A stretch of DNA of 64,000 bases from an uncultured Actinomyces sp. (lineage in GTDB: Bacteria > Actinomycetota > Actinomycetes > Actinomycetales > Actinomycetaceae). Position 1 is the first letter of the stretch, and each line of letters opens with the position of its first letter. Positions 33,040-42,665 of this stretch are shown piece by piece. The DNA is taken from NCBI GenBank assembly GCA_938041695.1, contig CALISI010000031.1, positions 3,987-67,986 of the forward strand. Reading direction: 5' to 3'. A program made the translations under genes and the position numbers. The notes below the pieces were generated by a model that saw nothing but the letters and a program-made list of their open reading frames with translations, made no database searches and was not told the origin of the DNA.

Positions 33040-33330
33040 TCCGTATTTAGTCGTCTTTATTTCGCCCGGTAAAACGTGATTTTTCGGAAAAGATCAGCCG
33101 ATTTCCGCAGGTGGAGGATGGTCTTACGATGCGCGTGGGGGGGCGTAAGCACGTCAGTGCCTGGAGTAAACTGTTTCACAGGTCGAAGTCGTCAACGGGG
33201 ATGGTTTCGACCTGCTTGCTATCACCGGGGCGGCCGCTAATACGAGGCCGCGGAAGGCGCCCCGTGCACGTACACAAAGCCTGCCGCGAACCTGTGTGAT
33301 CGTAAGTCCGTTCCTTTCCCGCACAAGTTA

Positions 33331-33364
33331 CCCCGGCCTCGTTCGGGGTGGAACGAGGCCGGGG
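33331..33364 (-). terminator. hairpin downstream of the DUF421 gene (13-bp perfect stem)
   Basis: CCCCGGCCTCGTT-cggggtgg-AACGAGGCCGGGG, 31 nt past the stop at 33395. Confidence 0.65.
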
Positions 33365-33394
33365 TGAGAACGTTCCGTCGCTCACGTGTGGTAG

Positions 33395-34223
33395 TCAGAG
33401 CGTTGGTGCGTCGCCCTGCTTGTCGTGCGCTTCGAAATCCTCGAGCGATGGCGACTGCATGTCGGTATTCTTGAATTCAGTCACCGTCGTCACCTCATGA
33501 ACGGCGGGATCCGAAATCTTCATCCCTGTCGTGTTGCCTGACTGGTCGACGATGTTGAGCCGGTTGTTAGCGTCGAGTTCGACGATGAATAGATCATCAA
33601 GCTCGCCCATGCCACCCTGTGCGAGTTCGCCGCGCAGCCATTCCTCGTCACGGTGCGCCAGCTCGAGGTTATCTGTGACGACCTGACCGTTCGAGACCAG
33701 GACGTAATTGATACCGCCCTCGCCCTTTTTGCGAACCGTCAGGGAACCGTTGGCTTCGCGCTGAACGAGGGCTAGCTCACTGAGAGAAAATGCCCATGCC
33801 GCGCAGCTCAGCGAGGAACTCCACAGGGTCGAGCTTCTGATCCGGACTGTCGAGCGCATCCTGGGTGAAGCGTCCACCTTCGATAATCGTGTATGCCTTT
33901 CCCATGACGAGCGAGCGCGTCGACATGAATGTCGACATCAGGTAATTGAGCCCCGAGACGATCGCGAAGGTCACGAGCAAGACGCTGATGTACTCGGCGA
34001 ATGAGATGGCGTGGTTGTGGATGACGCCGCCGATAATGCCACCGAGAATAAAGTTCCCGATAAAGTCGATCGGTGTCATCTGGACCGTCTGCTGCTTGCC
34101 CGTCAGGCACAGGTGGAGGACGATCAGGATGACACCGATCAGGAGTTTAAAGACCGTCATTTCGAAACCGTGAATATCGAACATGACGCCACTGTATTCG
34201 CAGGTGGGAACATTTAGTCCCAC
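33395..34223 (-). pseudogene. DUF421 (YetF-like) membrane protein, reading frame interrupted
   Basis: The N-terminal part (34223..33777) ends ...FLAELRGMGIFSQ*. The C-terminal part continues in another frame as SLSELALVQREANGSLTVRKKGEGG... down to 33395. The two pieces join naturally (GIFSLSELALV) across the T4/CTCTC tract near 33783-33794. Confidence 0.6.
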
Positions 34224-34230
34224 AGTGTGA

Positions 34231-34743
34231 TTAGCTCGTCGGATCCGCGTCGATCGCGCCCTGGATATCGTGGAAGATCAAGTTCGAGATCTCGACCTGC
34301 ACCTTCTCAACCTTTGGCACATCACCCAGGAGCAACGGATCGTCTGCCGAGGTCTGGAGAGCGAGCGTCCCGCATCCAAAGATGCGGTCGTCGAAGTCCT
34401 TTTCGATCTGAATGTCAGAAATGCGGGTGAGGGGCAGATCATGGCCGGTGCGCTTGATGACGCCCGTGCGCGTGATGACACGCTTCGTGGTCACCGTATA
34501 GGTGGTTGTGATCCACTTGATCCACGGGACGAGAATGAGCGGGATCGACAGGAGAAGAACCGCAATCCAGATTGTCGGGAGCGCCCAGTAGCGCGCATTC
34601 TCGGGGACATAGAAGGAACCAACTGCAGCAACGATGACGAGGATGGACTCGACGATGATCGCGGGCAGAAGCTTCTTGATGTGAGTATGCATGTGGCGGA
34701 CGACGATCTCGTCCTGGCTGAGGAGCTTTTGTGACAGTGCCAT
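34231..34743 (-). CDS. PH domain-containing membrane protein (bPH_2/YdbS-like)
   Basis: 170 aa. Two TM helices are followed by TYTVTTKRVITRTGVIKRTGHDLPLTRISDIQIEKDFDDRIFGCGTL, which is typical of bacterial PH (DUF304) proteins. Confidence 0.7.
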   Translation of the reverse strand: MALSQKLLSQDEIVVRHMHTHIKKLLPAIIVESILVIVAAVGSFYVPENARYWALPTIWIAVLLLSIPLILVPWIKWITTTYTVTTKRVITRTGVIKRTGHDLPLTRISDIQIEKDFDDRIFGCGTLALQTSADDPLLLGDVPKVEKVQVEISNLIFHDIQGAIDADPTS

Positions 34744-34814
34744 GGCACCATCATGCCAGATAGATGCTGGCTGCGAGCATACGCGAGGGGCACGTGTGCA
34801 TGCCGGCTGTGATG

Positions 34815-35471
34815 CTACGCCGGGCGCCGATGCGTTCCAATGATGTCCGTGTTGACGATGCCAATCGCGGCCATGAGCGCGAGCATCGTTGTGGGTCCCA
34901 CGAATCGAAAGCCCCTGCGCTTGAGGTCGGCAGCCAGAGCCAGCGACTCCGGCAACTGCGTGGGAACTTCCTCCTGCGAGTGGGGACGCGGATCCTGCTG
35001 AGGACGGTATGACCAGACGAGCTCACCGAGGTGCGACGGAGCGTTCGGATCGGCCTTGCTGCGCAAGGCGACCGTCGCACGCGCGTTCGTGATCGCCGCC
35101 TCTATCTTTCGTCGATTACGAATAATGCCGGGTGCGTTCACGAGGCGATCGATATCCGCGGTCGTGAAGGCCGCGACACGGTCGGGGACGAATCCTTCGA
35201 ATGCCTCCCGGAATGCCTCGCGCTTGTCCAGTACCGTACGCCAGGAGAGTCCGGCCTGGAAGCCTTCCAAGACGAGGCGCTCAAACACGCCGGCCTCGTC
35301 GTGAACGGGGAATCCCCATTCGTGGTCGTAGTAGTCACGGATGAGTTCGTCGTGGGAGGCCCAGGTAGGGCGGATGAGGCCGTCGTTGCACCGCACGAGC
35401 CCATCGGGGAGGTTGAGGGAGAGAGGGGAGTTGTGTGAAGTAGTCATGAGTCGATCCTGCTCCCCGGTCAT
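34815..35471 (-). CDS. tag: DNA-3-methyladenine glycosylase I
   Basis: YHDHEWG-type motif (YYDHEWGFPVHDE) and LEGFQAGLSWRTVLDKREAFREAF are present. Confidence 0.88.
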   Translation of the reverse strand: MTGEQDRLMTTSHNSPLSLNLPDGLVRCNDGLIRPTWASHDELIRDYYDHEWGFPVHDEAGVFERLVLEGFQAGLSWRTVLDKREAFREAFEGFVPDRVAAFTTADIDRLVNAPGIIRNRRKIEAAITNARATVALRSKADPNAPSHLGELVWSYRPQQDPRPHSQEEVPTQLPESLALAADLKRRGFRFVGPTTMLALMAAIGIVNTDIIGTHRRPA

Positions 35472-35496
35472 GACTGCGGCAACGCGTCAGCGGCGA

Positions 35497-35536
35497 CCTG
35501 TGGATACACGTGTAAATCCGCCATGGCCTGTGGATA
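35497..35536. repeat. direct repeat CCTGTGGATA x2 (30-nt periodicity); minus strand reads TTATCCACA / GTATCCACA (DnaA-box-like)
   Basis: The copies are at 35497-35506 and 35527-35536, in the der-tag intergenic region. The reverse complement of copy 2 (cagTTATCCACAGG) contains the 9-mer TTATCCACA. Confidence 0.6.
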
Positions 35537-35574
35537 ACTGCTGAGAAAAGCGAATGCAGCTGCGAGAAAGAGAA

Positions 35575-35603
35575 AGGCGGGATACCAGGGTGTGGCATCC
35601 CGC
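35575..35603 (-). terminator. der terminator hairpin followed by a T-rich tract on the minus strand
   Basis: GGCGGGATACC-agggtgt-GGCATCCCGCC (one mismatch). On the minus strand it is followed by TTTCTCTTTCTC. Confidence 0.6.
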
Positions 35604-35618
35604 CCTTACTCGTGGGGC

Positions 35619-37172
35619 TTACTTGCGGCGCCGCTCGCGCACGCGCACCGAGATCTGGATCGGTGTCCCGGCGAAACCAAAAGTCTCACGCAGACGACGC
35701 TCAATGAAACGACGGTATCCGGGGTCGAGGAACCCGGTCGTGAAGAGGACGAAGCGCGGAGGTTTGCTTGACGCCTGGGTGCCGAAGAGAATTCGCGGCT
35801 GCTTGCCCCCGCGCAGCGGGTGCGGGTGCGCCGCCACGAGCTGCCCCAGGAACGCGTTGAGCTGGCCGGTCGGAATACGGGTTTCCCAGCCCTCGAGTGC
35901 GGCGTCTAGCGCCCGCACGATGCGATTCGTGTGCCATCCCGTCTTTGCGGCGAGGTTGATGCGCGGCGCCCACTGGACCTGAACGAGCTCGCGCTCAAGC
36001 TCGTTCTTTATCTCCTTTTGGCGCTCCTCATCCACGAGATCCCACTTATTCGTGACGATTACGAGGGCGCGTCCCGCGTCGATGACCTGCTGGACGACGC
36101 GCACGTCCTGCTCGGTGAGCGGGGCTGAGCCGTCGATGAGGACCAGCGCAACCTCCGCCTTTTCAATGGCGGCCTGGGTGCGGATCGACGCGTAGTAGTC
36201 CGCGCCGGTCGTGCGGTGCATCTTGCGGCGGATACCTGCGGTGTCGATGAACCACCATGAGCGTCCGTCCAGCTCGATGAGTTCGTCGACCGGGTCGCGA
36301 GTGGTGCCCGCCAGCTCGTTGACGACGACGCGCTCGCCGCCAGCGAGGGCATTGAGCAGAGACGATTTGCCGACGTTCGGACGCCCCACCAGGGCAACGC
36401 GTCGCGGACCGCCAGAGGGCAGCGCCGTGGCAACCGCAGACTCGGTGGGCAAAACCTCCATGACGACATCGAGGAGATCGCCGGTACCGCGTCCGTGCAG
36501 GGCTGAAATGGGGTGGGGCTCGCCGAGGCCGAGACTCCACAGGTACGCCGCGTCTGCTTCCTGCAGCGGGGAGTCGACCTTATTCGCGGCGAGGATGATC
36601 GGCTTCTTCTTCGACCGAAGCATCTCGACGATACGTTCATCGGAGGCTGTCACGCCGACGGTTGCATCGAGCACGAGGACGACGGCGTCGGCCAAGTCAA
36701 CCGCAATCTCTGCCTGCTCAGCAACGGAACGGTCCAGGCCCTTGACGTCAATCTCCCAGCCACCCGTATCAACGAGCGTGAAGTCGCGGCCCGCCCACTC
36801 GGCCGGGTAGGAGACGCGATCTCGAGTCACGCCGGGCGTATCCTGCACAACGGCCTCGCGCCGCCCCAGAATACGGTTGACGAGCGTGGACTTTCCGACG
36901 TTCGGGCGACCGACGACAGCGAGAACGGGCAGACCCGCGGCAACATCGCCTGCTTCCGCGAGCGCGGCTTCGCCGGCCAGAAGCGCCAGGTCTTCCTCGT
37001 CGAGGTCGAACTGGTCGAGGTTGGCGCGCATGACGCGAGCGCGCGCCTCCGACTCTTCGTCGCTCAATTCGAGGGCGAGGGACGAGGCTGTGGCCTCGCC
37101 GGCGCTGTAGTTGTCGAGAGTGTCGGCCCCGAATTCGGCGGACGCGTCGGGCTGATTGTCAAAGTCATTCAC
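35619..37172 (-). CDS. der: ribosome biogenesis GTPase Der (EngA)
   Basis: It has two tandem GTPase domains ([10 protein letters not shown] and [26 protein letters not shown]) plus a KH-like C-terminus. There is an acidic N-terminal extension. Confidence 0.93.
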   Translation of the reverse strand: MNDFDNQPDASAEFGADTLDNYSAGEATASSLALELSDEESEARARVMRANLDQFDLDEEDLALLAGEAALAEAGDVAAGLPVLAVVGRPNVGKSTLVNRILGRREAVVQDTPGVTRDRVSYPAEWAGRDFTLVDTGGWEIDVKGLDRSVAEQAEIAVDLADAVVLVLDATVGVTASDERIVEMLRSKKKPIILAANKVDSPLQEADAAYLWSLGLGEPHPISALHGRGTGDLLDVVMEVLPTESAVATALPSGGPRRVALVGRPNVGKSSLLNALAGGERVVVNELAGTTRDPVDELIELDGRSWWFIDTAGIRRKMHRTTGADYYASIRTQAAIEKAEVALVLIDGSAPLTEQDVRVVQQVIDAGRALVIVTNKWDLVDEERQKEIKNELERELVQVQWAPRINLAAKTGWHTNRIVRALDAALEGWETRIPTGQLNAFLGQLVAAHPHPLRGGKQPRILFGTQASSKPPRFVLFTTGFLDPGYRRFIERRLRETFGFAGTPIQISVRVRERRRK

Positions 37173-37191
37173 CCGCTCAGTCTACGGCGTG

Positions 37192-37230
37192 GCGCACCGC
37201 AAAGGCCCGATGGGAGCCCTTGCGGCGCGC
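37192..37230 (-). terminator. hairpin downstream of murE (15-bp stem, two mismatches)
   Basis: GCGCACCGCAAAGGC-ccgatggga-GCCCTTGCGGCGCGC. Confidence 0.45.
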
Positions 37231-37251
37231 CAGTTCACAGATAACGCTGTG

Positions 37252-38832
37252 TTACTCGTGCGCGCGCACGTCGCCTTCGAGGACCTCGGCGGCGACGGGA
37301 ACGTCGTTGTAGCGGTGGTGGATTCCCTGGATCTCCTGATACCACTCGGCGCCCTTGCCCGTAATGATGACGGTGTCACCGGGCTGGGCCGCGAGGATTG
37401 CCCGGCGCACGGCATCGCGTCGGCAGGTCGTGACCTCGGTGACGTCGGCCATGTCAGGGCGCACGGAGGCGATGCCTCGGAGCAGATAGTCGCGAATCGA
37501 CTGGGGGTCCTCGGTGCGCGGGTTCTCATCTGTCACCCACAGGATGTCTGCTTCGCGGGCGGCGATTGCGGCGAGTTCCTCACGCTTGGTGGCATCGCGG
37601 TCACCATCGGTGCCGAAGACGATGACGACGTTGCCCTCCGTCAGTTCGCGGGTCGAACGCAATGTCCACTCGAGAGCCTCTGGAGTGTGCGCGTAGTCGA
37701 CGATGACGAGCGGCTGGCCGCCCGGTGTAGGGTTGACCTTTTCCATGCGGCCGGGGATCTGGGGAGCATCTTCAATCGCACCGATGACGTCAGCGAGTTC
37801 AATACCCAAGCTGACGGCGCTGACGATCGCGACCGCGGTGTTTTGGATATTGACCTCGCCGAGGATGGGCATCGCGACGCGGTGGCCGGCGCCCGAGGGA
37901 TCGACGAGGGTGAAGACGGTGCGACCGATCGTCTTGTCAGGCGTCACATCGCGCACTTGCCAGTCGGCTTCGTTGTCAGTTAGCGCAGACACCGTCGTCA
38001 CAGGGACCGTCGCCTGCTGGGCGAGGCGACGGCCCCACTCATCATCGACGCATACGACGGCGCGGCGGGAGTGCTCAGGCGTAAACAGCAGGGCTTTCGC
38101 CTGGAAGTAGTTTTCCATGTCACCGTAGTAGTCGAGGTGATCATGTTGTAGGTTCGTGAACGCGGCAACGTCGAAAACGATTCCGTCGACGCGGTGCAAC
38201 GAAAGAGCATGAGCGGAGAGCTCAATGACCCCCGCACCGCAGTTGTATTCCTCGGTGGCTGCCAGGAAGCGGGCGATGACGGGTGCCTCGGCGGTCGTGC
38301 GTACGGCCTCGAACGAAATCGGGCCGACGTGCGTTTCCACGGTGCCACACAGCGAGGCATCGGGGAAACGTGACGCGATGGCCGCGCGCATCAGATACGA
38401 GGTCGTCGTCTTACCGTTCGTGCCGGTGACAGCCATCGTGGTCAAACGCGTGGCGGGGGAGGCGTAAACGTTGGCGCACAGGCGCGGAACGACGCCACGC
38501 GGGTCGGCGACCTGAACGACGGGGACCCCCAGGCCTCGTTCAAATGCCTGAGTGCGACCCTCCTCGTCGGTGAGAACAAGGCTCGCCCCGGCCTCGATCG
38601 CTGCGTGAGCGAAACGAATTCCGTGCTGTTTCAGGCCGGGAATCGCCACGAAAAGCCACTCCGGCTCGCAGTCGTCGGAAGAAACGGTGATGCCGCGCAG
38701 GGAGAACGTCGAGTCGGCAATCGACGCGGGGGCACCATCGGGAGCGAAAAACCCTTGGATCTCCAGGCCCGACAGCGCGGTCGCGAGTGGCACTGGGGCA
38801 ACCGTGGGGCGAATATCAATCACTGAAGTCAT
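37252..38832 (-). CDS. murE: UDP-N-acetylmuramoyl-L-alanyl-D-glutamate--diamino-acid ligase (MurE)
   Basis: The Mur ligase P-loop is VTGTNGKTTT. FGTDGDRDATKR and VTDENPRTEDP are also present. I set the start at ATG 38832 (MTSVIDIRP). The amino-acid specificity (DAP, Lys or Orn) cannot be decided by eye. Confidence 0.85.
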   Translation of the reverse strand: MTSVIDIRPTVAPVPLATALSGLEIQGFFAPDGAPASIADSTFSLRGITVSSDDCEPEWLFVAIPGLKQHGIRFAHAAIEAGASLVLTDEEGRTQAFERGLGVPVVQVADPRGVVPRLCANVYASPATRLTTMAVTGTNGKTTTSYLMRAAIASRFPDASLCGTVETHVGPISFEAVRTTAEAPVIARFLAATEEYNCGAGVIELSAHALSLHRVDGIVFDVAAFTNLQHDHLDYYGDMENYFQAKALLFTPEHSRRAVVCVDDEWGRRLAQQATVPVTTVSALTDNEADWQVRDVTPDKTIGRTVFTLVDPSGAGHRVAMPILGEVNIQNTAVAIVSAVSLGIELADVIGAIEDAPQIPGRMEKVNPTPGGQPLVIVDYAHTPEALEWTLRSTRELTEGNVVIVFGTDGDRDATKREELAAIAAREADILWVTDENPRTEDPQSIRDYLLRGIASVRPDMADVTEVTTCRRDAVRRAILAAQPGDTVIITGKGAEWYQEIQGIHHRYNDVPVAAEVLEGDVRAHE

Positions 38833-38904
38833 GCCCCTACTGTAGTTCGTCGCTGCGGCGGCGCGCGCCACATAGAGCGACCGTGACACAGTAGGATAGG
38901 TGTC

Positions 38905-41484
38905 ATGCAGATTTTGACACGCAACGAAGCAACAGATCGCGCTGCCCATCTACACGTCTCAGCCATCGACGTCGTGGTCGATATCCGAGGAGCCCAAGAC
39001 ACCACGATTCCCACCTATCCCGTGACGTCGACGCTGACGATGACATCGGACGAGGAGCGCACCTTCATCGACATCGTGGGCGATGTCACCGAGGTCCTCC
39101 TCAATGGTGTCCCTCACCCGTTCGAGGATGACGAAGACCGAGTGTGGGTCGGCGGACTGCCGGTAGGGGAGACCATCACCCTGGAGGTCCACGCTCTTGC
39201 GCGCTACTCGCGCAGCGGTGAAGGCCTGCACCGCTACACCGATCCCGAGGACGGTGAGGTGTACCTCTACACCCAATTCGAGCCCAACGATGCCCACCGC
39301 GCATGGCCGTGCATCGACCAGCCGGACGTGAAGCCGGAATGGACATTCCACGTCATCGCACCGGCGGGCTGGGTTGTCTCCTCCAACGGGATTGAGACAG
39401 GCGTGGAGTCCGTGGATGAGACGGGCGCGCTCCGTCATGACTTCACGGCGACCCGTCCGCTCTCTAGCTACATCACGGCGATCGTTGCCGGTCCGTGGGC
39501 GGTCATCGAGGGGGGCACCTGGAGCGGTGGCGCGTCGGATGGCGGGCACGCTGAGCTGGCGCTGCGACTCCTGTGCCGTCGTACCCTCGCGCGTTACCTC
39601 GACGCCGATGATGTCTTCGAGGTGACCCGCGCCGGACTTGACTTCTACCATGCGCGCTACGGCGTCACGTTCCCGTGGGGCTCCTACGACCAGGTATACG
39701 TGCCCGAATACAACCTGGGTGCCATGGAAAACCCGGGCTGCATCACCTTCAACGAGAACTACATTTCGCGCTCGGTGCCCACGTTCTCCGAGCGTCAGCG
39801 CCGCGCGAATACAACGCTGCACGAAATGTGCCACATGTGGTTCGGAGACCTCGCCACGCCCTCGTGGTGGGACGACCTGTGGCTGAAGGAATCCTTTGCC
39901 GAGAACCAGGGCGCCAGCGCGATTGCAACTGCCACGCGTTACGTCGGAGAATGGGCGAACTTCGCGATGAACCGCAAGATCTGGGCCTACACGCAGGACC
40001 AGATGCCGACCACGCACCCGATCGCCGCCGACATTGCGGACGTTGCGGCTGCAAAGACCAACTTCGACGGCATCACCTACGCAAAGGGTGCGTCCGTTCT
40101 CAAGCAGCTGGTTGCTTGGGTCGGTGAGGACGCATTCTATGAGGGCGCACGCCGCTACTTCGCCGAGCACAAGTTCGGCGCGACCAGCCTGCAGGATCTG
40201 CTTGTTGCGCTTGAGGGTGCTTCGCGCCAGGAGCTCTCTTCGTGGAAGAACGCGTGGCTGGAGACCTCCGGTCCGTCGACGTTGTCAGCTTCATGGGTGA
40301 CGGATGCAGTTGGTGCTATCACAGACTTCACGCTGCATCAGAGTGGCGAGGCCTGTGGGGGAGTTCTGCGTCCCCACCGTGTCACCGTGTCTACGTGGCG
40401 GGTCGCCGCCGGTGCGCTCGAACGTACGCACAGCTTCGACGTGCGCATCGAAGGCGAACAGGCTCCCATTGATCCCGATGGGGTCCTCGCGGTCCCCGGC
40501 GGAGCCGCCTCCGCTGACCTTGTCGTCGTCAACGACGACGACCTGACCTACGCGATTTCGCGCCTGGATGAGCGTTCGACCGACGTCGCGCTCACCTACG
40601 TGGGGTCGATCGACGTCGCGCTGACGCGCGCAGTTATCTGGGCGTCTTTGTGGAACGCGGTGCGCGATGGCTTGCTTGATCCGCGCCGCTTTATCGTCGC
40701 CGTCCTCACGGCCGTGCCCTCGGAGACTGAGCCAGCCATCCGCGATCGTCTGCTTCTGTTCATCGCTGAAGCGATTTCGTCATTCCTGCCGGGTGACCTG
40801 CGCGCAGACGTGCACGATCAGGTCCTGGCCACCACGATCCGCTTGTCTCGTGAGACGCAAGACGCCGATGCCTGGCGCTCCTACACGCGCGCCTTTATCG
40901 CCGAGTTCGCGGCACGCGGTGGAGACGAGTACGAGGCGACCGTGCGCAGTTTTGCCGCGAGCGATAACCCGGACATTGCCTGGCGCGCGCGCCGAGCGCT
41001 GGCGGCGCGAGGCCTCGTCGATGCGGGTGCCATCGAAGCGTGGCGCAGCGCCGACGGCTCGGGGGAAGCAGCGCGCATGAGCGTCGAGGCGCTCGCCTCT
41101 CTGCCAATCGAGGAAGCGCGCCGCCACGCGTGGGAGTCGGTGTATTCGGAGACTCTGTCGAACGACTTCCTCACCGCGACGCTTGCCGGTTTGCAGGCCT
41201 CGTCATGGGAAGGTGAACCGGGCATTGAGGCCGCCGTCGATCGTCTTCGTTCCTACTGGGAGTCCCACACGATTGGTATGGCACTGCGCTATGCCAATGG
41301 GGTGCTCGCGTACGGACTCGATAGTGATCGTGACGGTAGCGTCTCCCGGTCGGTAGGCCTGCTGCGCTCCTGGCTCGACACCAATAGTGATGCACCCGCG
41401 CAGCTGCGCCGCATCGTCATCGAGCATCTCGACGCGTTTGAGCGTGACGAGCGCGTGCAGCGCCGTTGGAAGCAGGACCAGTGA
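38905..41484 (+). CDS. pepN: aminopeptidase N (M1 family)
   Basis: GAMENPG and the zinc motif HEMCHMWFGD...WLKESFA are present. 859 aa. Confidence 0.92.
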   Translation: MQILTRNEATDRAAHLHVSAIDVVVDIRGAQDTTIPTYPVTSTLTMTSDEERTFIDIVGDVTEVLLNGVPHPFEDDEDRVWVGGLPVGETITLEVHALARYSRSGEGLHRYTDPEDGEVYLYTQFEPNDAHRAWPCIDQPDVKPEWTFHVIAPAGWVVSSNGIETGVESVDETGALRHDFTATRPLSSYITAIVAGPWAVIEGGTWSGGASDGGHAELALRLLCRRTLARYLDADDVFEVTRAGLDFYHARYGVTFPWGSYDQVYVPEYNLGAMENPGCITFNENYISRSVPTFSERQRRANTTLHEMCHMWFGDLATPSWWDDLWLKESFAENQGASAIATATRYVGEWANFAMNRKIWAYTQDQMPTTHPIAADIADVAAAKTNFDGITYAKGASVLKQLVAWVGEDAFYEGARRYFAEHKFGATSLQDLLVALEGASRQELSSWKNAWLETSGPSTLSASWVTDAVGAITDFTLHQSGEACGGVLRPHRVTVSTWRVAAGALERTHSFDVRIEGEQAPIDPDGVLAVPGGAASADLVVVNDDDLTYAISRLDERSTDVALTYVGSIDVALTRAVIWASLWNAVRDGLLDPRRFIVAVLTAVPSETEPAIRDRLLLFIAEAISSFLPGDLRADVHDQVLATTIRLSRETQDADAWRSYTRAFIAEFAARGGDEYEATVRSFAASDNPDIAWRARRALAARGLVDAGAIEAWRSADGSGEAARMSVEALASLPIEEARRHAWESVYSETLSNDFLTATLAGLQASSWEGEPGIEAAVDRLRSYWESHTIGMALRYANGVLAYGLDSDRDGSVSRSVGLLRSWLDTNSDAPAQLRRIVIEHLDAFERDERVQRRWKQDQ

Positions 41485-42335
41485 CACACGGGGGACATCG
41501 AGGTAACGCGGCAGGGCAGGCGGAGCAGGCCACCCATGCCGTCCATGTCGACCCTGCGGCCTCGATGTCCCTCTTGAACTCCCTGCTCGCCAATCCCCTG
41601 GATGCGGGCTACGAACACTATCGTGCCGATCACGGTTCGAGGCCAGCGAGTCTTATCGGAAAAATTGGCGTCTTCGCAGTTGCCGTCGCACTCGGTTTCG
41701 GGTCCATCGTTGCAACCTCCTCGCTCCGCGCACCTTCGGGGGACGTGAAATCTGATCTCAAGACTCAGGCGTCCGAGCTCTCGGCGACCGTCGAAGCCCT
41801 GAATGATGACGTGCAGTCGCTGGGCCGCGCCATCGATCAGTATTCCGAATCGGGCGCGAGCGCAGCCGCCGATCCGGCACAGGACATGGTGACTGCAACG
41901 ACTCCGGTACGAGGGCCCGGCATCACCGTTACGCTCGCGGATCGTAGCGGTCCCGGCAAGGGGAATGGGGCGGTACGTGACCAGGATCTTGCGATGGTCG
42001 TCAATGCCTTGTGGGCTGCTGGCGCCGACGCAATCTCTGTCAACGGGCAACGGATTGGCCCCGACACCTTCGTGCGCACGGCCGGTTCCGTCATCCTCGT
42101 CAATGTCACACCCGTGTCTTCGCCCTACGAAGTTTCTGCGATCGGCGACTCTAACGCCCTGTCTGTCTCTCTTGTGCGAGGGGCCACGGGAGACTACCTG
42201 TCGGCTGCGCAGTCAGTGACCGGTATGACCGTCTCATCGAAAGTCTCCAACAACATCACGATGGAAGCGCTCACGCTTACGGACTCCCACTACGCAACGC
42301 CGGTGGGAGCATCCAACGAAGGAGGTTCTTCATGA
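41481..42335 (+). CDS. DUF881 domain-containing protein
   Basis: VRGPGITVTL...DQDLAMVVNALWAAGADAISVNGQRIG...SPYEVSAIGD. The GTG at 41481 overlaps the pepN stop as GTGA. The ORF-track start at 41466 is a TTG. Confidence 0.75.
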   Translation: MTHGGHRGNAAGQAEQATHAVHVDPAASMSLLNSLLANPLDAGYEHYRADHGSRPASLIGKIGVFAVAVALGFGSIVATSSLRAPSGDVKSDLKTQASELSATVEALNDDVQSLGRAIDQYSESGASAAADPAQDMVTATTPVRGPGITVTLADRSGPGKGNGAVRDQDLAMVVNALWAAGADAISVNGQRIGPDTFVRTAGSVILVNVTPVSSPYEVSAIGDSNALSVSLVRGATGDYLSAAQSVTGMTVSSKVSNNITMEALTLTDSHYATPVGASNEGGSS

Positions 42336-42664
42336 TTGCCGTTATCGGCTTAATCATCGGCATTGTTCTCGGTGTGCTCCTCGATCCGACGGTGCCAGCG
42401 TGGCTCACCCCGTTCCTGCCCGTGGCAGTTGTTGCGGGCCTCGATGCTCTCTTTGGAGCCGGGCGAGCGTGGCTTGAGGGCCGCTTCGCTGACCGAGTCT
42501 TCGTCACGTCCTTCTTCTGGAACGTTGTCGTGGCCTGCCTCCTCGTCTTCCTGGGGACGCAGCTCGGTGTCGGCTCGGCAATGACGACGGCGGTTGTCGT
42601 CGTTCTTGGCATCCGTATCTTCTCCAACACGGCATCGATTCGCCGCCTACTACTGAAGGCTTGA
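42332..42664 (+). CDS. small basic protein (Sbp, DUF1290)
   Basis: 110-aa membrane protein lying between two DUF881 genes, as in Mycobacterium and Corynebacterium. ATGA overlap; GGAGG upstream. Confidence 0.8.
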   Translation: MIAVIGLIIGIVLGVLLDPTVPAWLTPFLPVAVVAGLDALFGAGRAWLEGRFADRVFVTSFFWNVVVACLLVFLGTQLGVGSAMTTAVVVVLGIRIFSNTASIRRLLLKA

Positions 42665-42665
42665 G

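Noticed and set aside
33176-33385. 69-aa minus-strand ORF in the non-coding stretch (ends ...ETIPVDDFDL).
   Set aside because: It reads straight through the 13-bp terminator hairpin (33331-33364). It also has no RBS and no recognisable family, so it is most likely not coding.
35507-35531. GTGTAAATCCGCCATGGCC resembles the tRNA-Pro 3' end (GGTTCAAATCCCGCCAGCCC). It could be a degenerate att repeat bounding a 2.6-kb island.
   Set aside because: Only about 11-12 of 20 positions match and gaps are needed. There is no integrase, and the segment sits between the two DnaA-box-like repeats. The evidence is too weak for an att site.
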